Below are positions 26,866 through 37,800 of a DNA stretch of 64,000 bases, in pieces (the first letter of the stretch is position 1; every line of letters begins with the position of its first letter). This DNA is from Microbotryum violaceum (Eukaryota), in assembly GCA_001244265.2 (NCBI GenBank), contig CDLV01000009.1:248001-312000 (forward strand), given 5' to 3'. The translations under genes and the position numbers were made by a program. The notes below the pieces were generated by a model. It saw only the letters and a program-made list of their open reading frames with translations. It had not been told where the DNA came from and searched no databases.

Positions 26866-27871
26866 TCAAGGCCAATCGCTCTTGTTCCAGCTGGGGTCCT
26901 GCAGGAATGCGCACAAGACTTTGGAACCGGTCTGTCGACGCGCACCGCCAATCACACCTCGATCAATACTTATTCCCCAGAATAAGACTTGGCCGCGTGA
27001 CTGACCTGAAGCAATGGGTGGCCAGCGACGACCTGCAAGAACCTCTCGAGCCCTTCCCTTCGTTGCTCGATCACCTCGTCCGAGAAGCGGCCGGAGAAGA
27101 CCTTACCGGGCAGATGCGGGATGCTGACGCGCGTGGATTCGCGTTCGAGGAGCTCGCGGAACGCTTCAAAGTCCGAGTAGCGGCGGCGTACGGACGAGTA
27201 GCGGACTCGGAAGGCGGGGATGTTGGTCTGTGGAGGCGAGGAGCGTGGAGGTCAGCCCTCCGTATGGAGTGATGCGAATGTCACTTTCGATATAGACGTA
27301 CGCGGCACATGATCTCATAGTCGGTAAACATCTTGCGACCAAACTCTGTGCAGTGCAGCAGGGATGATTGGGGGTTGGGTTTAGCGACCATCGTTGGTCG
27401 TCGTCGACGTCGTCCGGTGCGAGCGTCGTTGCTGGCCATTCATCACCCAATCCGAGACCAGCTGTACTGACCTTGCGTTCTCGGATCCCTGACCTCGATC
27501 TCCAAGGTGTTCTCGGGTGCGGAGTACATCTCCTCCAAGGTCTGACCCCTCGCCTCGTGGCCAGCCGAAGGGGACGAAGGTGCATTCACGGCTTCGGCTT
27601 GATCACCTCCACCACCGCCGACGCCATTGTGGTTCTTGGTCGGACTCGTTTGCGAGGACGAGGACGAGGACATCGTCGCAGGGGTCGGTTCGTGATAGGC
27701 GAAGCGAGAGTTCGAGGGTCGGTCGGTAACGTAGGGGGATGAACCGGAGGGGGACGAGAGCGAGGTCGAGGGGAAGGACGAGAACGAGGTCGAGGGGGGG
27801 AGATTGGCCCGAGCAAAGGGGGAGTGGCCGGACGAGGGTGCAATCGTACCGCCTGAAGTGTAGCCTGACAT
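26866..27871 (-). CDS. SNX3: Sorting nexin-3 (PX domain), multi-exon
   Basis: [78 protein letters not shown]. Confidence 0.95.
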
Positions 27872-28468
27872 GGCGAGATGCGGCGGGAGTGGCGGGTGTG
27901 GGTGTGGGTTTGGATGTGATGTGGTGTGGGTTTGGGTGTGCGCGAAGGCGGTGCGACAGAGGCAGTGGAAGAGTGGGGGCCGCGCGGTCGATTCGACAGG
28001 GGGGGAACTCAAATTACGGGGGGTAAGACTAACTTAAAATCGACTTGAATACGGTATTAGTAAAGGGTCGGCAGGCGCGGCGGTGCGTAGCCTGTGTTTG
28101 GCTTCTCTAGTCACCACTGCACCGTGCAGGCTGGGATTCTATACCGTCAACGGTGGATTCGTATCAACGCTTGCACTCAACGTGCGACACACACCAAGGC
28201 CACAGATTGCTGACGCCAACACCAGTGCTTGCACTCGCTATCGCTGCGATCGCACCCGAAAACGCACGTGACTACCCAAACCTCCGACACACGCGTAGGC
28301 GCACCTCGACACCGATATACACCTCTTCTTCCCTGAACGGATACTTGCCCATGATACAGCAAGGTCGCCCAGCCTAGGCACACTATTCACAAGAGCACAT
28401 AGTAGACCCGCGAAGACTGAGCGCTGCAACAACGCGTCCGATCGCGTCGCGTCCAAGCCCCAACTACC

Positions 28469-31400
28469 ATGTCCAACTTTGCCCTCGACCCAGCTCTGAT
28501 GGGGCCGACCGCGTCGACCTCGTCGCAACCGTTGGAGAACTTGCACCACTTCAATTCACTTCGAGCGTACCCCGTCGACGATGAGTTCGCCGACGACTCG
28601 TTCGGGGAAGACGACGGCAGTATCGACTCGCGCGACGACGAATCCCACAATAGCGACGACAGCATCGAGGACGATGACGAACCCGAACATGACGGCGAAG
28701 ATAGTGAGACGGATGCAGAGGACGAGTATAGGGTTGAGATGGGCGAGGTTCAGCGCCCGCCGAATGGCGCTTCCCAGGGCAAGGGCAAGGGCAGAGCGCT
28801 CAACCAAGACAGCCTGGACCAAGACGACGACGCCGATCTCGAACAGGGAGAAGGTGGCGGTGATGAGGAATTGAGGTCAGTGCTACTTTGACGACATTGA
28901 TGGCTCCGGATCGAGTCTGACCCTGGCCTTGAACGCGTTCTCAACAGCCGACTCGTCGCCGCCCTTCGAGACTCGGGAGCGTCCACTTCCGTCGGAGGCA
29001 GGACCGCGCTCGACAAGGCCTTTGATCGCTCGATCGAGGAAGAACTCGACGGCATCGACGACCCTTTTAACAACGGCCTTCCCAATCCCAAGAAGCGGCG
29101 CATCGTCGTAAGTCGCGCACATCGCCCGGCGAACACAAGGATTTTCACCTGCGGTCCGCTGATCGAGCTTTGTTTTGACACAGCCCCGTCGCCCCGATGC
29201 GGAACCCTCGAACGAGGTCAAGGTCATGCTGGGTAGTGCGAACCGATATTACGCCGAAGGGCACCTCGATCAAGCCCGTGAGATCCTGACCGAAGTCGTG
29301 CGCATCGACCCGGCGATCCGACAATCATGGATGACGCTCGCCACGATCGAGGAAGAGTTGGGCAACTATGACAAGTCCATCACGTTCAGGATCGTCGGAG
29401 CGCATTTACTGCCGATCAAAAAGTCGTCGCTTGAATGGGCTGCGCTCGGTGCTCAATCTCGGTACGTAAGAAAGAGTCCCTGAAGTCTTGACCTGGTCTG
29501 ACTCGGGATGTCTCATACCGCCGCAGTGACAATGGTCTTTTGCACCAAGCCATCTACTGTTTCACTCAAGCCATTAAAGGTGACAAGGAGGATGTCGACT
29601 CCATGTGGGATCGAGCCGTCTTGCTCAAGATGTCCGGTAGCACCAGCTTGGTAAGTCGAGTCCGGATGGTCACGACGTGGGCTCTAAGCGCGTGAACTGA
29701 CCACACCAAGGACTGCAGGCCATCACCGCTTTCACTGCGCTTCTCAACGTCATCCCCCACGACCCCGGAGTCCTGCGTGAACTCGCACCCTTGCTCGCCG
29801 CGACGGAACAACACGCCCGAGCGACGACGCTCTTCCTCGCCGCCTTTGACCACTACCGCAAACTCGTACCCCACATCACACCGCGCAACATTGAGCGCAT
29901 CAACACCTTTGGCTACCAGGATCTCGAAACGATCGCAGACTTTCTTTCAATTCAGAAACTCTACACGCGGTGCGTGAGCGTCATTCGCACGGGCGTGAGG
30001 TGGTTGCAAGGGAGGGAGACGGAGACGGCGTGGGACGCGCTTGAAGATGATCGCGAGTACGACGTCATGCGCAAGGCGCGGATCGGGTGGGACTATGATC
30101 CAGCCACGAGGCATTTGGAAGATGCGGAAGTGTACGACCTTGATGTCAGGCTGAGATTGAGGCTTGGTGTTGCGAGGATTGGGGAGGGGAGGGTCGAGGA
30201 GGCCAAAGTGAGTTGCTGGCTTCCATAAATCTTCTCACAGAGGATGGTTCGATGCTGAATACCGGTGGCATGGGGTCGACGAGGATTCAGCGACATTTTG
30301 CGATCGTCTTGCAGGAGAATGTGGCCGATTTTCCCGAGTTGTGGGGTGCCATCGGGGACGCCTACTTTGAGCGCGACATGTTTGAGGACGCGCTCGAGAT
30401 TTTTCAAGAAATGGCAGAGGATGAGATTGTGAGTCTATCCAGGATTTAATGATTTTTGCTGGATTTGCATATTGACAAGGATTGTTGACAGACCAACGGA
30501 CCGGCCGTGTGGGCCAAAGTCGGCGCTTGCCACTTTGAAACCCGTGATTTCGAAGATGCACTCGAATGCTTCCAGGCTGGTCAGTCGCTCCGGCAACTGA
30601 TATAAACCAATGAAGACTCTCATTCTAATGGGTTAATCTGTGTCGCAGTCATGGAGGAGCAACCCGAAAACTTGACGGTCAAGATGCAGCTCGCTCGAAC
30701 TTGGGAGCAGCTCGACAAACCCGGCAAAGCCTTGGAGCTCATCCACGAGAGTGAGTGATCAGCCCGGCCACACGCCAGCTCACCAACACCAGTGCTGATT
30801 ATTCTCGCAACTTGTCTTTGCAGTCGTCGAAGTGCGCCGACAATTGCGTGACGCCGGCCAGCTGAGCGAATTGGCTCGAGTGCCGAGCACCCGCGGTGCT
30901 CGCCGCGGCGCCATGCAGGCCCGACCTTCGACCACTCGCCCGCACGTGACCCCGGCCGAGCGCGCCGCTCGACGCCAGAACGCCGCCACGGTCGAACGCC
31001 AACGCCACCAAGAGTTCATTCTCGCGGTCGAGACTTTGCGCAAGCTCGACGATGACGTCGAAGCCGAGGATGTGGAGGCGATCACCGAGTGGCTCGAGGT
31101 TGCGACGTTCCTCGTTGATGCGTTCCGCGAGACCAAGTCTTTGTTCCCGAGCGATGGGAAGAAACGCTTCATGGGGGCGATGCGCAGGCAGTGGAAGAGG
31201 AAGGGTGGGAATGAGATGGACATCGAGAAGCAGGCCGACGAGATGGCTTCGCGGTTGGAGAGGACCCTGGGTCGGTTCCTGCTCTTTCTTGTTTGAGCCC
31301 TGCGCCCACTGACCCTCTCTTTCGGTGATCCCCGCAGTCGATAATGACGATGACAACCTGGCGATCGACTCGTTCCGAGGCATCAGCTTTGACGACTGGC

Positions 31401-32604
31401 TGAAATTGATCATCAAGGTGAGAGTAGCCTTGCTCTTCCCAGGCCATCACCCACCGAAAACTAACGAGGAATCGTCCTTCGACAGTACTCCTTCTTGCTC
31501 ATCAAAAACGACGAGGCCGAAGCCGGGCTCGAAACCCTCAAGCACACGCAGAACGCCGCTCCGTTCAAACACTCGGAGACGCGCTCGCTCTCCATCTGGC
31601 TTGCCCTCGCCTCAGGCTACAACTACCTCCGCAACTACGACGAGGTCGTCATGATTGCTCGCCGCATCTCGCTCCGTCGACAATATCAATCCGAGCCCCT
31701 GCGCTTGCTCCACGCCCTCTTGCCGGGTGGGGTCGCCGCGGTCGAGGCGTTCAACTCGACGAGGCTGGCCAAGTACCTGATGCGCCAACTGATGATGCTC
31801 GAACGGATCTCTCGAGGCGCCGAGGTGCGCGTTGGTGCCAATGGTGCGATTTTGATCAAGTCTTTGGGCGTCGACAAAGATATGGACGGGGATGACGAGG
31901 ATGAAGATGGGGTCGGTGCTGGTGGGCATGAGTCGCTGCCGAGCTTTGTACCGACCGTGCCGAACCCGTGGTACAACTACGTCTACGCGTGCATGCTCGA
32001 GACGTCCAGGAGTTATCAATCGGCTCTCCGTGAGTTGAATGGGAGGGTTGGCGTCGAGGATCTGAAGTCACAGGCTGAATTTAACCGACTCCGGTTTTGC
32101 TTGTCTCAGAGTATCTGCTGCGAGCTTACGAGCGGATGCCGAGGCAGCCCCTAATCAACCTCACGATCGGGATCGTCTATATTCATCGCGCCATGACGCG
32201 TGCGACCGACAATCGACATCACCAGATCGCTCAGGGGCTCGCCTTTTTGAGCCAGTACCGAGCGATCAAGGGGAGGTGCCAAGAGGTCGAGTACAACTTT
32301 GGTCGCGTCTTTCACCTGCTCGGTGAGTGCTCTCCTACTCGTAGACGTGAAATCTTCGGTATTGACGCTGTGCTCCGTTATTGTAGGCCTTCAATCTTAT
32401 GCGGTGAGACACTACGAGGCCTGTCTGGCGATCGCGGCCGAGGACCGCAAGGCTCGGATGCAGCTCGATGGCGATGACGAGGAGGACGAGGACGGCGAAG
32501 ACGACTTTGCGCGCGTCGCGGCATACAACCTCTCGAACCTGTACATGCTTTCGGGCTCGCCCGACCTAGCCAAGGTGATCGCGCACAAGTGGCTGTCGTT
32601 TTGA
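28469..32604 (+). CDS. TFC4: Transcription factor IIIC TPR subunit (tau131/GTF3C3), multi-exon
   Basis: Acidic N-terminus, TPR repeats (MLGSANRYYAEG..EVVRIDP..WMTLATI), C-terminal RAMTRATDNRHHQIAQGLAFL, EVEYNFGRVFH, AAYNLSNLY..KWL. Confidence 0.9.
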
Positions 32605-33141
32605 GGCTGGGTAGATTCTCCACAACGTGGGCCGATGGTTTCTGGCACGGGCTCGGGAACCAATAGTGAACGGTGTCGGGACGTCGGTGCGGCACTTCCC
32701 CCCAGCACAAGCCTAGACCGACTTGGCGCAGGAGCGGTAGGCGAGTGCTACCTTGCTCGTTGGGATCTAGAATCATAAACTGCATCATTCCATCATCATT
32801 TCATCGTTAGATTTTTGTGTTTCTTTCAAAAAAGGGCATAGGTGGCACCAGTCGCGTGTACTAGTTCATCCCGGCCATGGTCGCGGTGCTACGTTTCGGT
32901 GAGGGTCCCTGAAAAGCTGTGAGTAAGCAAATCACATTGGCGTGCGAGACTTCCTCTTCTGACCCAAAATGGTAATGCGTATGATACATGGTTGCAATCG
33001 ACTTGGTCGCTACGACATCACTACTCCTCAGCCCACATCGGGGAGATCATCCCCTTCCCCCAATCCCGCCACTCTCATCGCGATGACGTGCCCTCTCCCA
33101 ATACCCCCGCTCCGGAGTCCCATTAAATAGAACCCATGTCC

Positions 33142-33640
33142 CTAAAATCGATGCCTTGGGATCTCGGACGTCGTTGTCGGCGGTGCAGACGAGTGGCTCC
33201 CAGTTTCGGCGACGAACGCTGATTCCGACTTGACCTTGGCCTCGTCCTGGAGATTCAGGGCGACGGCAGTGGGGAGCCATACAGCAAATCGCGGTGATTA
33301 GATTGCAAGGATGAAAGAGTCGGGGATCAGCAGTGGCTCCGCGAGTGAGCCCGGTGCCGACAACGATCGCGAGAGGGCTTACGTCCAAGTGCTTCTTCCA
33401 CGCCTCCTCTCCAGCCTGCATGGTATCGGTGTGAATCCTGTACATCCCATACAGACCGTCTGAAGCCCCCCAAAGTGGTTGAAACAAGATGCCGTGTCAG
33501 CCAGTAGGACAGGGTCATCGAGGCCCCGTTCCCGAAGCGCCTCTCGGGTGGGATGACGTACAGACGGACAGGCCGGCCAGGCCCGTGACGAGTGTACGGT
33601 GTGCGATGTCGGCCAGACCTAATCGAGCGGCTCCAGACAT
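33142..33640 (-). CDS. Small single-TM protein, COX14-like (three exons inferred)
   Basis: MSGAARLGLADIAHRTLVTGLAGLSV resembles the Cox14-family N-terminus; GTAAGC donor and CCAG acceptor lead to a stop at 33142. Confidence 0.55.
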
Positions 33641-34229
33641 TGTTTGTGAATTCAAGCTTGGACTGCAAGGATATGAGTGAAGGTCGCGGGGTTTTCGTGG
33701 TCGGTTGAGGTTGAGGTTGCGAGCCAAACGGCGATGAGACTTCCGCGCCGGCGGTCCGACGTCTAATAAGGCTGGGCTTGGGAGAGCTTGGACATTATTG
33801 TTTGGGGCGTCAGAAGAAAAAGCACAAAAAGGGAGGAAAAGAAGGAGGTTCACCTCATTGTAGCTTCTAGTCCACATCTTCAAAGCCTGCATTGTTCATT
33901 GCACTCAACACTGCTGACCGAAGCTTGAACACGCTTTGAAGTGAGGCCGCTGCGATCGGGACCGCCCACCTGATTCTCAAGTTTAGACAACCCATCTACG
34001 TGGACCTGGTATACGTGTACTGGCTACACCGAGGATTTGTGACTTCGGGCACGTGGTGTGGCAAGAGAGTACGGCCATGTAGCTCATGTGTTTGTCTGTC
34101 GTTCTTCCCTTTTTTCCCTTGTTTCTTCTTCGTCTTCTTCCTTTCTTCTCTTTTCTCTCCTTCCTTCCTTTCTGTGGTTTTCCCGTACTTTCTTCTTTTC
34201 TTTTTCCGCTTCGCCGGCAACTCCCTAAA

Positions 34230-34400
34230 TATGGGTGGGGACCCGAAAATTAAGACGGAGGACGACGATGATAACACAAATCGCTCGCGAGATGCGAGAA
34301 ACGGGCCGGTGCGGTGTCCACCAATCCGATACTTGGATCCAAATGCCCCAGTCAAGCGGTTACTGGTTCCCAGAAGACAAATGAGAGAGAGAGAACGCAA
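34230..34400 (-). mobile_element. Degenerate 3'UTR relic of an L1-like element (family C-like)
   Basis: Shares GATGATAACACAAA..GATGCGAGAAAC..GTCCACCAATCCGATAC..CAAGCGGTT..AATGAGAGAG with 37200-37350 and 51080-51230. Confidence 0.8.
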
Positions 34401-34649
34401 GAAAGGGAAAAAAATTCTTTGTAGAATCTCTTCGTCCTATCACCCCCACTTCCTATTGACCCGAATTCCTTCTTCCCCTAATTAAGGGGTTTTCTTTTGC
34501 TTTTTCCTGACTTTGCGACCGTGATAACTGAATTCTCACGGCATTTCTCTGCTGATCACAACGACTGCAAATAGCTACCCTCTTGGTTATGAGCTGATGT
34601 ATCAAATAGTACAGAAGTCGAGAATCCGATGGCGTTTTTGTCCTTTCGC

Positions 34650-34778
34650 TCTTTTGAAACTCATTGCTAGTTTGCCTTCTTTTTTTGGGGGGTTGTAGAA
34701 ACTGTTTATCATATTTATGAGGCGCCGTTGCTAACACGAGCGCCGCAGAAAAAAGAAAAAAGAAATGCGCGCCGCGCG

Positions 34779-34819
<41 letters not shown>
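34650..34819. mobile_element. Mosaic of very short L1-like 3'-terminal stubs, ending in a plus-strand poly(A) tail (34779-34819)
   Basis: TGAAACTCATTGCTAGTTTGC resembles the family B end (43201); TGTAGAAACTGTTTATCATATT resembles the family C end (51029); 34711-34740 is the near reverse complement of 37148-37177. Confidence 0.65.
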
Positions 34820-34822
<3 letters not shown>

Positions 34823-37082
34823 TCCTCGTCCTCGACTCGGATGTTGCCCCTCGGGAGCAGTCGGGAGGAGCAGTCGGGAGCAGTCGGGAGCTCTGAAGCT
34901 TTGAGTCGCCGAGTGGCTGAGAGGTGACGAGTCTCCGTCTGCTTCGGTCCCCTTGAGTGCCCAACGCCCCGAGATGGCTACGTTGCCGCCTGTTCTCACC
35001 CACCTTCAAGACGGCGATCAGCATGCCCTAGGGACGGAAGTCGGCGACGAAGTGCTGGACGAAGAAGCCAAGACAGCGCTATTCGAAGAGATCCGAGTTC
35101 AAGGTTTCCAATCTAATGCTCTTGAGATTGAGGAGGCGCGGCGGAGATATTGGTCGCTGTTCGATGGTCGGAAGAGAACCTTGCAATGTGACAGCTTTTC
35201 AAATCATACCCTATCGCTCGCTAGCTGGAATTGATGGTCCAAGCTGGGCCTCATCCGAGTGACAAAGTGACAGCCGCGCAGTGTCGCCGATGCGCCGATC
35301 ATCTCTGTCTCGCACAAGAGTCAAGATTTGGTACATGCTACAGATTTTATCTATAGTTTCAATCCGAACTCGCTAGTCTACAACGCAAGGTTAGTCTCGT
35401 GGCCGCGGGGGACAAGAGGTTCGTTCCGAGCGTCGAAGGGAAAAAACCTCCGAAGGCGCGTTCGACAAGGCGGGGTAGCAAGGCGAGTGAGATCTTCTGG
35501 AGGTTCGGTCGAAGAGCTAACGGTAGCATGTTCCCTTGAATCGGCAAGTGATTGCATCTGCTGCTCAATCACCTGCCTTGGCTGTCGCTTCGGACCAAAG
35601 TTCGGTGGCGGAGGTAACGTTTCCTCCTCTGATCCCTCTTCGGATCTGAACTGAGAATCATCCCCTGAATCCTTTGCTTCCCCGCAAAGATGTCCTGAAC
35701 TTGAGGACTCTCCGCACTTGATTCCGAAAGTCCCGACGAAGGTGATTCATCCTCGCTCGCTTTGTTGTCGTCGTCGTCCCGGCAGATCAACACTTGCGCT
35801 CTTCCCCAGTCTTCCTCTTCTTCTGCTTGCTCCCCACTTGCAAATCTTTGCACGCCCTTGCCCTTCCTGCTCTCCTCCTTACTAGCGGGCATCAAGTGCA
35901 TCGCTTCGGCGGGGGAGGGGGAGGGGGCGTGCGAAGAAGATTTATCGAGCCCTAGCTGAGTGCTACTCAGCCGGCCACGCGCCGAGCGTACCGCTGGTTT
36001 CAAGAGCCCACCCCCATTGCGATCATTCGCATGTACCGGAGATGATCGCGACGTCCTTGCGTCGCTCGAGGTCATCGGCTAAAAGCCGGGTCGGGCGATG
36101 GCGCGGCGGGAGCTGGATGACGGGTGGTCGAGGCGCGACTCGACGACTGCAAAAGAGTTGAGCTCGATCCCTTGAGGATGTGGAAAGAGTCGAGCCGGAT
36201 TTGAAGGTATTTGACCAGCCGTTAACGTAAGCCCAAGGCACATTGTCCCGGATCTAGTCTACGAAAGCGAGAGCCGAGGAATCAGCAATGGGACACAGAA
36301 CAAGGGGCGGCCAACGGCCAAGGTGAATCGACGAGACTGACCTGTTTCCTCAAGACCCAGGTTATGAGAGTTGATCAGCTCCAGATATGTTGCTGGACCT
36401 CGTTTCTCGGCCGCGACCCTAGCTTCCGTCTTGCCGAAAGCCATCGCGCGTTGTTCAATTGAGCGTAGATCGGCTCGGCGAGCTTCGATTTTGGCAGCCA
36501 TGGCAGCGAATTGTGTTTCATTTTCTGGAGCGTTACCACCATGTTCATCATTTCGAGCTGTTGAGCTGGAGTGAGTGAAGCTTGAGGTTGAGGTTGAGTC
36601 TGAGCGGGCGGTTGAGCAACGAGAAAAGGAGGGCGCGAATGGGCCTAAGAACAGTCGGGCGCTCGCCCCACCACGCGCTCGATACGTTGTTGTACCAAAA
36701 GAGGTGCATCGCCAGCAGTTGCAGCGCCAAAATAAGAGGCCGTATCGGAATTCAAGGCCAAGCTGAACAAATTGTCGGTCGAACCAGATGTTGATCCGTT
36801 CATGTTCATTGGGAGAGGCGAGGGGAAGAGAGTGGCAGGAGGAAAAGAGGCAAATCCAGGCCGAACTCGAGGCGGTTGCCTGGGCGCTGGGTGCGGGAGG
36901 GTGCGGGCCTCAGGGCCAAGCAGCACTGCAGCAGTAACAGCAGCAGGCTCAGCTAGGTGGGTGCAGAAGAGCTGATAGCTACAAATGAGACTCATGAGAG
37001 CTTTCTCTGTCCCATGGATTGGAGGGAAGTCGTGCCATGCCATGGGTCATGACGGACGACCTTGCGGCATGACTGTGTTGTG

Positions 37083-37083
<1 letters not shown>

Positions 37084-37113
<30 letters not shown>

Positions 37114-37800
37114 CTCTTCTCTCGTCTTTTTTTTTTTCGCGCGAAACTCGTGTTAGCTCCGGCGCCTCATACATATTGCCCCAATTCCTCTGATTGGCCT
37201 ACGGAAAAATTAGATGGAAGTCGACGGTGATAACACAAACCGCCCGCAAGATGCGAGAAACGCGCCAAGTCCGGTCCACCAATCCGATACTTCGGATTCA
37301 AGTGCCCCGCCAAGCGGTTGCCCCCCCCCCCCCGGGAGATGAATGAGAGAGGGAAGGAGAGAAAGAGAGAGAGAAACGAAAAGAACTAGCTTACTAACGA
37401 CAAGAGGCCCACCCCGCTGCCACTTCCCAACTCGGTCGAGACAAAGACAGGAGAGCGACTGCGCAGCTACCCTGATCCGCGAAGTCCCAAGTCTATGCTC
37501 GGTCACAACAAGACCGGGTGGGGACCCCTCAAAACCCTCTACCTCAGCAGTCCCTGGCCCTCAAAGCCCACTTCTGCCCCCCCCCCCCCCACGGTTGCTC
37601 CCTCCCAGAGACGAATGAAAGGAAGATTGAAGATAGTACAAAAGGAATCGGGAAACGATGGAGGAGTTGTTGGTGGTGGTACATGTGTTGTACAGACGAA
37701 TCCGATCATAGTTGACAGTTGAACCTTCTTCGATCTTTTGACTTCAGCCCCCCCCCCCCTGAGACCGCCATACCTCTCTCCTTGAAGCCCCTTAATTTTT
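37084..37800 (-). mobile_element. 5'-truncated chimeric L1-like 3' fragment with poly(A) tail
   Basis: T-tract from 37084; 37167-37575 resembles the family C 3'UTR (51041-51451); 37590-37797 resembles the family B 3'UTR (43508-43706); joined at a poly-C run. Confidence 0.85.

Noticed and set aside
450..33900. Numerous long antisense or alternative-frame ORFs overlapping host genes
   Set aside because: Expected shadow ORFs in GC-rich coding DNA; no motifs recognised
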